DNA of 61,270 bases, filler included. It is 4 parts of 4 records of this genome, joined end to end, with 100 filler letters (N's around TTAATTAATTAA, not from the genome) between each part and the next. Parts side by side here need not be neighbours in the genome. Positions count along the whole stretch, not along the records: positions 29,195 to 56,186 come from SRR20825010_3667; 3 more parts are not named here. One strand, given 5' to 3'. This document shows positions 29,670 through 39,081 of this stretch, piece after piece. The notes below the pieces were generated by a model that saw only the letters and a program-made list of their open reading frames with translations, did no database searches and was not told the DNA's origin. How positions within the stretch are numbered: the first letter of the stretch is position 1; every line of letters begins with the position of its first letter. The position numbers were made by a program, and so were the translations under genes.

Positions 29670-30353
29670 ATGAGGATATACATCAAAGATAAGCCTCTCC
29701 GAATCAAACGGCCGGAGGAAGTTAAGGATCATTCTAAATTCGATCTTGTTATAAACGTGGATGACGTTATCCTGAATGAAAAAGCATTCAGGGGTAATAT
29801 GTTGATCACGAATGCTTCACAAGGCATGATAAAGTCCTTGCTATTCATTTTGCACCACAGCAAATTAAAAGGCTTCAAATCGGTGACACTTATTACTCCC
29901 GAGTATGAGGAAACTATTCGTTTAATTAAGGATAAGTTTAAGATAATCAAAGCGGCAGGTGGAGTGGTGGAAAAGGACAATAAAGTGTTGATGATCCACC
30001 GATTAGGAATGTGGGATTTTCCGAAAGGTAAAATTGAAGGGAAAGAAAGTATTGAGGCCGGTGCTAAGAGAGAAGTAGAAGAGGAGTGCAGTGTAAAGGT
30101 GCTAGTGAAGGAAGAGATTTGTGTTACCTGGCATACTTATGTGCGTGGGGGCAAGGATATTCTAAAGAAAACGAGTTGGTTTTTGATGGATAGTCTGGAT
30201 GATTCTAAAATGAAACCTCAAGTGGACGAGGGTATTGATGAAGTCAAATGGATGAACTCTAATGAGGTCAACGTTGCACTTTATAACACCTACCGGTCCA
30301 TCAAGCATGTGTATAAAAAGTATAAGAAAAAAAGAGGGAAGAAGGCCGTTTAA
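29670..30353 (+). CDS. NUDIX hydrolase
   Basis: AAGGVV; WDFPKGKIEGKESIEAGAKREVEEE Nudix box. Confidence 0.9.
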   Translation: MRIYIKDKPLRIKRPEEVKDHSKFDLVINVDDVILNEKAFRGNMLITNASQGMIKSLLFILHHSKLKGFKSVTLITPEYEETIRLIKDKFKIIKAAGGVVEKDNKVLMIHRLGMWDFPKGKIEGKESIEAGAKREVEEECSVKVLVKEEICVTWHTYVRGGKDILKKTSWFLMDSLDDSKMKPQVDEGIDEVKWMNSNEVNVALYNTYRSIKHVYKKYKKKRGKKAV

Positions 30354-30805
30354 AGCTTGTAAGGTATAAATTCCTGAACATCTCCACCATAGCGATGAAC
30401 TTCTCTGATAATAGTAGAACTGACCGATGATAGCTCTGGAGATGTAATCAAAAATACAGTCTCCAGTTCATCGTTTAGGTGTCGGTTCACCTGAGATATA
30501 CTATTCTCGTATTCAAAATCTGTTGTGTTTCTTAAACCTCTAACAAGGTATTTCGCTCCCATTTTACTGGCTAGGGTGGCAGTGAGTTCATTATAAACCA
30601 CTACAGAAACTCTTGGTATTTTGCTGAAAGTTTCTTCGATTTTCTTTACCATGAACTCGATATCGAAGTATCTATTTTGTTTGGCGGTATTGTAACCAAT
30701 CGCTATCACCACTTCGTCAAAAATACCCAAGGACCTCATTACAATGTCTTGATGCCCTTTGGTAAAAGGGTCAAAAGAACCAGGGAAAATAGCAATGCGC
30801 TTCAT
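30350..30805 (-). CDS. coaD: Pantetheine-phosphate adenylyltransferase
   Basis: IAIFPGSFDPFTKGH; VRGLRNTTDFEYE; SSTIIRE. Confidence 0.96.
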   Translation of the reverse strand: MKRIAIFPGSFDPFTKGHQDIVMRSLGIFDEVVIAIGYNTAKQNRYFDIEFMVKKIEETFSKIPRVSVVVYNELTATLASKMGAKYLVRGLRNTTDFEYENSISQVNRHLNDELETVFLITSPELSSVSSTIIREVHRYGGDVQEFIPYKL

Positions 30806-30821
30806 AGCAATGGAGTGTCTG

Positions 30822-31694
30822 TTATGAATTGGTGGTAGAGAAGCTTCCAAATATTTCTACATATTCGTGAAGCTCTATTTCATCAAACTGATGATTCATT
30901 TTAGCTTGCGTAGATCTTTTACCCAAGCTAAGGTTTTTAAAGTACTTTTTCAGCAATGGTTCCAAGCTTTTTACTTTGTCTTTAACGCCCCAAAGTACAA
31001 TTGGAGTATCCTGACCTTCTTGGCTAAATTGCTGAATGGACATTAGAATTAATTTGGGCAACTGTTTTAGATCTCCAACTTTAAACTGATTGTAAATCAT
31101 TAATTTTTGCCCACTAAAACCTGCTAGCATTAAAGTGTCAGAATTACAATTGAGATACAAAGCGGGCTTTGTGATTTTAAGCAGTTGGTACTCAATGCTA
31201 TTTAAAAAGGTAGAGCCTTCGTGAAAAACATGAATGCTTGCCCTTTTGTATTTTGAGAAAAACCAATCTTGAATGGCTGAAGGGTAGCCAAAAACATAAG
31301 TGGCTGCCAGTGATTTGTGTTGTTGTATGGCATAGTTATCCAACTCGGGATTACTGTCAGTGTTGAGTCTTATGTAATTGTAAGCTGAATCTTCATCAAA
31401 CAGAAAACTAGGAACCAGACAAAACTGATTGTTCCTTATATGAATATGGATGGTAGGCCAAAAACCAGCAGGCACTAGCTCGTGCTGGTCATGGATTTTG
31501 TTTAGGAAACCAATAGGGGATGATTCAATGAGATAATTTTCGAATAACAGAAGCTTCTGCTTTTGCTCGTCAAATACAGTGATTTGACAATCATACTCCC
31601 CAATAAAAAACGAAAGACGACATTGATCAATATGATCAATGTTCATTCTTTCGTCTTTAATTTTTATGAGTTGTTGGTTTGTAACAGTACTCAC
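30822..31694 (-). CDS. DUF3822-like protein
   Basis: FCLVPSFLFD motif; conserved Bacteroidota position upstream of coaD. Confidence 0.7.
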   Translation of the reverse strand: MSTVTNQQLIKIKDERMNIDHIDQCRLSFFIGEYDCQITVFDEQKQKLLLFENYLIESSPIGFLNKIHDQHELVPAGFWPTIHIHIRNNQFCLVPSFLFDEDSAYNYIRLNTDSNPELDNYAIQQHKSLAATYVFGYPSAIQDWFFSKYKRASIHVFHEGSTFLNSIEYQLLKITKPALYLNCNSDTLMLAGFSGQKLMIYNQFKVGDLKQLPKLILMSIQQFSQEGQDTPIVLWGVKDKVKSLEPLLKKYFKNLSLGKRSTQAKMNHQFDEIELHEYVEIFGSFSTTNS

Positions 31695-31706
31695 TATAAT
31701 GATTTA

Positions 31707-32285
31707 CTACCAGTTACCTGAAGTGGTGATTTCAGTTCTTGAACCGAAACGTAGGGGTCTTCTGTTTTTAATTTCGTTATCCTCTGTTCTTGATCTGTCG
31801 AAAGGATACGTATCAACTACCTCAACATAATCTACACTAACTCCTGAACGAATTGAATCTTTTGCGTAAAGCGAAAAATATTTGTCTGGTGCGTGCGGCA
31901 ATCTTGGTAAATTCATTGGGTTGAAATTCGGTATTTTAAACAATGAATCTCTCACTGTTCTAAAACCTAGGGTGTCATAAGCAAAGGTCGAGATCTCTTC
32001 TCCATAGGCTTGAGGAGTAATAGTTTCGGTTCTTTGGATTAACCAAATTTTACCACTGTCTACATAAGAGATTAATTTCTCCCACGTATCTGCATAGTCA
32101 CCATAGGCAACTTGGTAGGCAATTTGGGCGTCACGAATGAGCTCAAGCTTGGCTTTTACCGTGGCTTCTACTCTTTCGATTTCTTTTGCTTTCTCAATAG
32201 TTGAGTTGATACTGTCATACAGGAAGTAGCCAAATGTGATGGCTCCGATGAATATGACTACAGTAAGAATTTTAGTTAGGCTCAT
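31707..32285 (-). CDS. Conserved Bacteroidota membrane-anchored hypothetical protein
   Basis: N-terminal TM; LELIRDAQIAY; C-terminal FGSRTEITTSGNW. Confidence 0.75.
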   Translation of the reverse strand: MSLTKILTVVIFIGAITFGYFLYDSINSTIEKAKEIERVEATVKAKLELIRDAQIAYQVAYGDYADTWEKLISYVDSGKIWLIQRTETITPQAYGEEISTFAYDTLGFRTVRDSLFKIPNFNPMNLPRLPHAPDKYFSLYAKDSIRSGVSVDYVEVVDTYPFDRSRTEDNEIKNRRPLRFGSRTEITTSGNW

Positions 32286-32642
32286 TTTTAAGGTTGATCT
32301 TTTTGCGAAAATAACTATTTTATTAGGTAACTGAAATAAATCGAACTGCTATTTTATGCAATTCTAATGAATTTTGAAATAGCCTGTCTGATTTAAAAGG
32401 CTTTCGAAACTAGTAATATTTTGAATAACATAGTGCAACCCATCCTCAGGTATTTGTTTTATTTCTTCAAAGGGTTTAAAATCGGTTTGAGTGATCATTT
32501 GAAAATCGCCTTGCATTTCAGATTAGAGGCCTTTTTTAGCTTTTCCGGGTTGTTTTGTACCTAAAATATTTTTCAAGGTTTAAAAAGTGATGGAAGTGGT
32601 CAGATTGGAAAATGAGGTTTTTTGGAACAATATTCTTGCTGA

Positions 32643-34220
32643 CTAATTGTTCGAAGCGTTCAGCACCTTCATTAACTGTGCTTTTAGAAGTTCCGATTCA
32701 CTTGGCCTTGGTGCGTCTTTGTTAACCAACTGCCCATTGGTATCATAAATCATATAACGAGGAATGAATTGAATTTCTAACTCGTCCATTTGCAATGAAT
32801 TATCCGCATTCATGATTCGGTAATTGGTATTTCCTTCTAACTCTAACTTTTTTAATGCCTTTTGCCATGGTTCTTCTGTGCGGTCGGTAGAAAGGTAGAG
32901 GTAGACGATATTCTCGTTGTTTATTTCTTTCTGGAATTTCTTAGAACTAGGCATTTCAGCAATACAAGGGGCGCACCAGCTGGCCCAATAATCTACATAG
33001 ATCGCCTTTCCTTTGTTGGCCGAAATGAATTCATTCAGTGTTCCCGTCTTTCCACTGTTGTCTACCAATTGAACATCATCATCAATTTCAAATTTGACAT
33101 TATACTTTTTGACAAAGTCATTAAATAACGCAGTGTCTTGATAATCATTTTTGAATTTGGTGAGGTACTTAAGCCTTGTTTCAATATTAAAATGTGCAGT
33201 TTCAGAAAGTATTTTGTCCAAGTTTTTATACTGAAGAAGCTTTCGTTCAGTTGGACTGAAATCAGTGGACGCCTGTAATGAATCGTATGAGGATGGATAG
33301 TTCCACGTACGACTTGCGCTTCCTCTCCCTTTTATCTCGAGCATCTCTACTGGATAGAGTCGTTTGGCTTTAGTTTCAATGAAACTTTGATAAACCCCTG
33401 AAACAAGAAGTGAGTCGTTTCTAACCGCAAGTACTGGGTGATCTCTTTCTAAGTCTTTTAAAATTTGACGCAAATACTCGAAGTTCTCTTCCTCAGGAAC
33501 AGTACTTAATTCAGTCAGCTTATTGGTGAGCTTCCAATACAAGTCACTAAGCATGGCATTATGATGATGATCAGTGATTAGACCCTCTGTTCTGAGTGAG
33601 CTGATTTGTGTAATATCTTGCCTTAGCTCTTGGTTCAGTATGTTGCCTATCTTGATTTCATATTTTTTCTTAAATTCTTTAAAATCAGTAGCCTTGTCAC
33701 CTCTAATATATTCCCAAAATACTATCATGGAATGATTGAAAATAGCTAAAGCAGGCAAATCGTCTTTATAGACTGAATCTCGTTGATTTAGACTGAAGTT
33801 CGTGACTTCTGCATTTTCTTTTCGGTTAGCGATTTCCGCAATTGGTTTTTTGTCTTCATAACTGAAAACTACAGTATCTCCCTTCTGAAAGTAATACGTT
33901 AGTTCATCTATAGCCTTGTAGGTGAGTTTGACCTCAAGCAAATCACGCTTGGTGCTTATGGTCACTGTGTCTGATGGAGCGTCAACTTCAAAGTGATAAC
34001 GGGTTGGTAAAAACTCATCGCTTATAGTGGCGATTTGTTGAGGGCGGGCTAGACTGGTTAGGTTATGAAAAGTGGGGAAAGTGTATTCCGAATGTGATTG
34101 TGGATTCTTGAAAATTAGGACGACCTGATTTGGCAATAGGGGCTGATTTATGGGTTTATCTTTGTAATCACTACAGCCTAAAGTCGATATTAAGATCAAA
34201 GAAATGAGATGCTTGTTCAT
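32643..34220 (-). CDS. TlpA-family thiol-disulfide oxidoreductase lipoprotein
   Basis: Lipobox LGC; YVDYWASWCAPC; IPRY; APRPS. Confidence 0.88.
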   Translation of the reverse strand: MNKHLISLILISTLGCSDYKDKPINQPLLPNQVVLIFKNPQSHSEYTFPTFHNLTSLARPQQIATISDEFLPTRYHFEVDAPSDTVTISTKRDLLEVKLTYKAIDELTYYFQKGDTVVFSYEDKKPIAEIANRKENAEVTNFSLNQRDSVYKDDLPALAIFNHSMIVFWEYIRGDKATDFKEFKKKYEIKIGNILNQELRQDITQISSLRTEGLITDHHHNAMLSDLYWKLTNKLTELSTVPEEENFEYLRQILKDLERDHPVLAVRNDSLLVSGVYQSFIETKAKRLYPVEMLEIKGRGSASRTWNYPSSYDSLQASTDFSPTERKLLQYKNLDKILSETAHFNIETRLKYLTKFKNDYQDTALFNDFVKKYNVKFEIDDDVQLVDNSGKTGTLNEFISANKGKAIYVDYWASWCAPCIAEMPSSKKFQKEINNENIVYLYLSTDRTEEPWQKALKKLELEGNTNYRIMNADNSLQMDELEIQFIPRYMIYDTNGQLVNKDAPRPSESELLKAQLMKVLNASNN

Positions 34221-34280
34221 AACATGTCGTTTATTCTATCAAATATATAGAAATACCACATTTATAAACTAACTATTTAG

Positions 34281-34772
34281 TTATTTGTTTTTCGAATAGC
34301 CGGTCCTACTTAAAAGGCTATCGAAGCTGCTTATGTTTTGGATCACATAATGCAAATGTGCTTTTGGGAGCTGTTGTATTTCGAATAGAGATTTAAATTC
34401 GACTTCTGTAATGATTTGTGCATCGGCCTCCATTTCAGGATCAGCACCTTTTTTGAGTTTTCCACCCGTTATTTTTACTTCAAAAAATAATTCGATCCCA
34501 TGCAGCGGTGGGTCGAGGTATTCATGCACAAAAAGGAATCTCTCCACTTCAATGTCTAAATGGGTTTCTTCCATAAACTCACGTTTTAATGCTTCATGGG
34601 TACTTTCTCCATATTCCATACCTCCGCCCGGTGGAGCCCATAAAGAACCATCTTTTCCCAAAGCGGTATGATGAACCATCAACAGACCTTCTTCGGTAAT
34701 GCAGATGCCGCAAACCCGAACCCGAAGTTTTTCCCCATAATTAGATTTGATTTTGGATTCCAGTGAGTCCAT
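34281..34772 (-). CDS. NUDIX hydrolase
   Basis: PGGGMEYGESTHEALKREFMEET Nudix box. Confidence 0.9.
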   Translation of the reverse strand: MDSLESKIKSNYGEKLRVRVCGICITEEGLLMVHHTALGKDGSLWAPPGGGMEYGESTHEALKREFMEETHLDIEVERFLFVHEYLDPPLHGIELFFEVKITGGKLKKGADPEMEADAQIITEVEFKSLFEIQQLPKAHLHYVIQNISSFDSLLSRTGYSKNK

Positions 34773-34810
34773 AAGTAGGAGATACGATATATTTGTCCAA
34801 AATTGAAAAG

Positions 34811-35266
34811 ATGATAAAGGTATTGAATCCCAACTTTAAATCAAGAATCGAGAAATTCCTCGAAAGGCAATATTTCATGAAGCTTGTGGGCTTTGATTTG
34901 AATGTGATTGAAGCAGGAACTACTGAGGGGTGGCTGACTTTGACACAGGAACATCAGCAGCAAACAGGCTTGGTGCATGGGGGTGTTACAGCTACGGTAG
35001 CCGATATTGTAGCTGGATTTGCGGCTTATACTGTGGTGCCAGAAGATCACCATGTGGTGACGGGGGAGATCAAAATCTCTTATTTCTCTAAAGGAAAGGG
35101 AGATAGACTTCATGCCATTGGTAAAGTGATTAAGCAAGGCAGAAAATTGAACTTCTGCGAAGCGGAAGTATGGTGCTTAAATGGAGAGAAAAGAACATTG
35201 ATTGCTAAAGCCACCACGACAATGGCCACCATTTTCCCTGAAGATATTTCACGCGCTAAGCAATAA
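34811..35266 (+). CDS. PaaI-family thioesterase
   Basis: QQTGLVHGGVTATVAD hotdog-fold motif. Confidence 0.9.
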   Translation: MIKVLNPNFKSRIEKFLERQYFMKLVGFDLNVIEAGTTEGWLTLTQEHQQQTGLVHGGVTATVADIVAGFAAYTVVPEDHHVVTGEIKISYFSKGKGDRLHAIGKVIKQGRKLNFCEAEVWCLNGEKRTLIAKATTTMATIFPEDISRAKQ

Positions 35267-35269
35267 CCA

Positions 35270-36670
35270 TTGGCAAAACCTTCTGAAATATTATTGAACA
35301 AATTCCCTTTTGAGCCCACTTCTGGTCAAAAGGAGCTTTTCCGTATGTTCGATACATTTCTTTTGGACAAAGACTTAGTTAAGCCTACCCTGACTATTCG
35401 AGGTTATGCCGGAACGGGTAAAACCACGGTAATTGGAGCGGTGGTGAATATGCTTCCCTTCTTCAATATGAAGTATGTATTGATGGCGCCCACAGGCCGA
35501 GCGGCCAAAGTGATGTCTTCTTATTCCAAACGCACGGCTTTTACGATCCACAAAAAGATCTTCCAGCAAACGGAAGAGCCAGGGGGAAGTCTCCGTTTTT
35601 CGCGTCAGAAGAATTACCACATCAATACGCTTTTTATAGTCGATGAAGCTTCAATGCTTTCCGATCAATCGGATTACGGCACCAAGGGTTTATTGACCGA
35701 GTTGATGGACTACGTGTTTGAAAAGGAGGGGAACAGACTCTTACTGATTGGTGATGTGGCCCAGCTTCCGCCAGTAGGTAGTGTCGAAAGCCCGGCTTTG
35801 GAAGCTTCTTATCTGAAACATAATTTCAAAACGGATAACTTTTCCATTGAGCTTACAGAAGTAATGCGGCAGGAGGAATCTTCGGGAATTCTTTTCAATG
35901 CCACACAGCTTAGGAGAGAGTTAGGCAAGGAGAAGTTTGATATTAAGTTTACCACAGGTCAGTTCAAGGATATTTTTAAGATGACTGGTGAAAAGCTGGA
36001 AGACGGTCTTCGATATGCTTATGATAAATATGGCACCGAGAATACGGTGATTGTTTGTAGGTCGAATAAAAATGCGGTGCAGTACAATCAGTACATCCGC
36101 AGGGCCATTCAATATAGAGAAGACGAATTGGAGGCTGGAGATATATTGATGATTGTGCGAAACAACTATCATTATTTACCAGAGAACACACCTGGTGGTT
36201 TTTTAGCCAACGGTGATTTTGTAGAGGTGATGAAAATCGTTCGCTTCGAAGATGTTTACGGATTACGTTTTGCAACCCTCAACCTGCGATTACTCGATTA
36301 CCCTGACCACGAGCCTTTTGAGGCCAAAGTAATTTTAGATACCCTTTATACTCCAGAAGCATCATTGCCGAGTACCGAGCAGAAAAAGCTTTACGAGCAA
36401 GTGGTAGAAGATTATGCGGATGTAGAATCGAAAGGAGAGCGGATAAAATTGATTAAGAAAGACCCTTATTTGAATGCCCTACAAGTGAAATTTGCTTATG
36501 CACTTACCTGTCACAAATCTCAAGGGGGGCAGTGGGAGGCGGTTTTTGTAGATCAAGGTTACCTGAATGAAGATATGATCGATCAGGATTATTTACGCTG
36601 GCTGTACACAGCAGTCACTCGTGCGTCAAAAGAGCTTTTCCTCGTTAATTTTCATCAGAAATTCTTCTGA
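35270..36670 (+). CDS. RecD-like SF1 ATP-dependent DNA helicase
   Basis: GYAGTGKT; APTGRAA; VDEASM; GDVAQLPPV; YALTCHKSQG; YTAVTRA. Confidence 0.92.
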   Translation: MAKPSEILLNKFPFEPTSGQKELFRMFDTFLLDKDLVKPTLTIRGYAGTGKTTVIGAVVNMLPFFNMKYVLMAPTGRAAKVMSSYSKRTAFTIHKKIFQQTEEPGGSLRFSRQKNYHINTLFIVDEASMLSDQSDYGTKGLLTELMDYVFEKEGNRLLLIGDVAQLPPVGSVESPALEASYLKHNFKTDNFSIELTEVMRQEESSGILFNATQLRRELGKEKFDIKFTTGQFKDIFKMTGEKLEDGLRYAYDKYGTENTVIVCRSNKNAVQYNQYIRRAIQYREDELEAGDILMIVRNNYHYLPENTPGGFLANGDFVEVMKIVRFEDVYGLRFATLNLRLLDYPDHEPFEAKVILDTLYTPEASLPSTEQKKLYEQVVEDYADVESKGERIKLIKKDPYLNALQVKFAYALTCHKSQGGQWEAVFVDQGYLNEDMIDQDYLRWLYTAVTRASKELFLVNFHQKFF

Positions 36671-36694
36671 TTCCTCATTTTACACCCTTGTGTT

Positions 36695-36758
36695 TTAGTC
36701 TTTTTGGTGAATTGATTCACCAAAAGTTAGTCTTATTGGTGAATTGATTCACCAAAAG
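36695..36758. promoter_or_regulatory. Two tandem 32-bp repeats, each containing the palindrome TTGGTGAAT-TG-ATTCACCAA (putative operator)
   Basis: 36695-36726 and 36727-36758 differ at one base; they end 34 bp upstream of the ATPase start. Confidence 0.75.
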
Positions 36759-36792
36759 TTATTATCTTTGAGTAGGTTTTAGTGAGGTTACT

Positions 36793-37911
36793 ATGATTAA
36801 GCGCGCATTAGAGAAGAGAATTAGAAGCAAAATAGGGCGAGGCAAAGCCATTGTTTTGATTGGGCCAAGGCAGGTAGGGAAGACTACATTGATCAATCAG
36901 ATATTAAATGGTGAAGACTTTCTTTTCTTGGATTGTGATGATCCTACAGTGAGGAATATTATTTCTACTGCTGGCACTGAAGAGCTTAAAAGCTTAATTG
37001 GTACCCATAAATTCATTTTCATTGACGAGGCACAACGGGTTCAAGAAATAGGCTTGAAGCTTAAGATTATAATTGATCAAATCAAACCACATCAATTATT
37101 CGTGAGCGGCTCTTCCGCATTCAAACTTAACAATGAACTGCATGAGCCTCTTACAGGGAGGAAGTGGGAATATGAGTTGTTCCCAATTTCGTGGAGCGAA
37201 CTTGAAGGGCATGTAGGCTACCTTAAATCAGAACAACAATTACCGTTGAGATTAATCTATGGTATGTATCCAGATGTCATCAATAATCCTGGTGAAGAAG
37301 TTGAAGTACTTAAAGAACTTGTTAATAGTTATTTGTACAGAGACCTTCTTGCTTTTGGTGGTATAAAGAAACCTGAGGTTTTGGAACGCCTACTACGTGC
37401 TTTGGCTTTTCAAATAGGCAATGAGTTTAGCTACAATGAATTAGCAAACCTTTTGGGGATTGATAAGAATACGGTGAATTCATACATGGATGTCCTTGAA
37501 AAAGGATTTGTTATTTATCGTTTACCTTCTTTTAGTAAAAACCTTCGCAATGAGATTAAGATGAACCGCAAGGTGTATTTCTACGATAATGGAATTAGAA
37601 ATATGATTATTGGGGACTTTAAAAACCCAGAAATCAGGAATGACATGGGTGCTTTGTGGGAGAATTTTTTAATTACTGAGAGAATAAAACTTAATCGATA
37701 CTTTCAACCGACAGCGCACTCTTACTTCTGGCGAACAAAACAAAAGCAAGAGGTAGATTATGTTGAGGAACTGAACGGTGATGTTTCTGGCTATGAAATA
37801 AAATGGAACCCAAAGGCTAAGATCGGTCCTATTCAAAAATTCACAGAGACGTATAACAGTAGTATCTCTAGATTAAGCAGAGATAATTTTAGGCCTTTTT
37901 TGGAGGTATAA
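36793..37911 (+). CDS. AAA_14 / DUF4143 ATPase
   Basis: GPRQVGKTT; IDEAQ; SGSS; LTGR; KVYFYDNGIRN; GALWEN; EVD...EIK nuclease-like tail. Confidence 0.92.
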   Translation: MIKRALEKRIRSKIGRGKAIVLIGPRQVGKTTLINQILNGEDFLFLDCDDPTVRNIISTAGTEELKSLIGTHKFIFIDEAQRVQEIGLKLKIIIDQIKPHQLFVSGSSAFKLNNELHEPLTGRKWEYELFPISWSELEGHVGYLKSEQQLPLRLIYGMYPDVINNPGEEVEVLKELVNSYLYRDLLAFGGIKKPEVLERLLRALAFQIGNEFSYNELANLLGIDKNTVNSYMDVLEKGFVIYRLPSFSKNLRNEIKMNRKVYFYDNGIRNMIIGDFKNPEIRNDMGALWENFLITERIKLNRYFQPTAHSYFWRTKQKQEVDYVEELNGDVSGYEIKWNPKAKIGPIQKFTETYNSSISRLSRDNFRPFLEV

Positions 37912-38289
37912 TTAAAGACTATTCTTAACCCCTAAAACCAAAAACAGCCAACCCATAATAAAGCCCAAACCTCCAATTGGAGTAATGGCGCCCAACCATG
38001 TAACATTGGTCAGTGATAAGGTGTAGAGCGACCCGCTAAAAATGAATATGCCGGCTACAAAGCAGATGGCAGCATAACCGAAATAGTTACTTTGATAGTT
38101 GATCATTAAGAAGCCCAAAATTAAAAGCGCTAAGGTGTGATAAAACTGGTATTTCACACCTGTTTCAAAAGTCCCTAATCGATTGTTGGCGGTCAGGGTG
38201 CTTTCCAAAGCATGCGCACCAAAGGCACCAATTGCTACGGATAACATTCCAAATATTCCTGCTAAGATTAAAACGGTTTTTGCGCTCAT
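37912..38289 (-). CDS. DUF423 membrane protein
   Basis: GAFGAH; YQFYH; FSGSLY; GAITPIGG. Confidence 0.92.
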   Translation of the reverse strand: MSAKTVLILAGIFGMLSVAIGAFGAHALESTLTANNRLGTFETGVKYQFYHTLALLILGFLMINYQSNYFGYAAICFVAGIFIFSGSLYTLSLTNVTWLGAITPIGGLGFIMGWLFLVLGVKNSL

Positions 38290-38966
38290 TATTGATTATA
38301 GTTTCGTCCTCCAAAAATAGCAGATCCAATCCTCACCATAGTACTTCCTGCTTCACAGGCTACTTGGTAATCGCTGGTCATGCCCATTGATAATTCTTTC
38401 ATTTCTAAATTTCCAGAATGAATTTCGGTTTTAATCTGCTCAAAAAGGGCCTTCAGTCCAGTAAATTCATTCTTCACCCTTTGCATGTCGTCAGTATTGG
38501 TGGCCATACCCATCAGCCCAACGACTTTGATGTGTTTTAAATCTTTAAAGGCATCAGATTTTAGGAAGTCAAGCAATTCTTCTTCTGAAAACCCAAACTT
38601 ACTTTCTTCCTTGGCAATAAACACTTGAAGCAAACAGGGAATAATGCGTTCGTTTTTCTCCGCTTGCTTATCGACTTCCTTCAAAAGTCGATCACTATCC
38701 ACTGCATGAATGAGGTGAACAAAAGGAGCAATGTACTTTACTTTATTTCGCTGCAAGTGGCCAATCATGTGCCACTCAATGTCTTTTGGGAGGGATTCAG
38801 CTTTTTCTGTGAGCTCTTGCACTTTATTTTCGCCAAAAGCACGTTGTCCAGCCTCATAAGCCTGTAACAAATCTTCCTTGGGCTTAGTCTTACTAACGGC
38901 AATCAATTGAGCACCGAATGGTTTTAGAATTTCGCGGTATTTTTTTATGTTGTTTTCTACACTCAT
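38289..38966 (-). CDS. yggS: PLP homeostasis protein
   Basis: AVSKTKP; FGENKVQE; WHMIGHLQRNK; LSMGMTSD; VRIGSAIFG. Confidence 0.95.
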   Translation of the reverse strand: MSVENNIKKYREILKPFGAQLIAVSKTKPKEDLLQAYEAGQRAFGENKVQELTEKAESLPKDIEWHMIGHLQRNKVKYIAPFVHLIHAVDSDRLLKEVDKQAEKNERIIPCLLQVFIAKEESKFGFSEEELLDFLKSDAFKDLKHIKVVGLMGMATNTDDMQRVKNEFTGLKALFEQIKTEIHSGNLEMKELSMGMTSDYQVACEAGSTMVRIGSAIFGGRNYNQ

Positions 38967-39081
38967 TTGAGTTGCCTTATTTTCAGTAGTACTTTTGTTT
39001 ATATTTGAAACTCTCAGTAGACTCCAAAGTTAGGATAAATTCGCTTTGAAGTGGGCTTACTGATCATATGAAATTAATTGA

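Noticed and set aside
32286-32642. 357-bp AT-rich intergenic region as an ncRNA
   Set aside because: I saw no recognisable RNA family motif or convincing structure.
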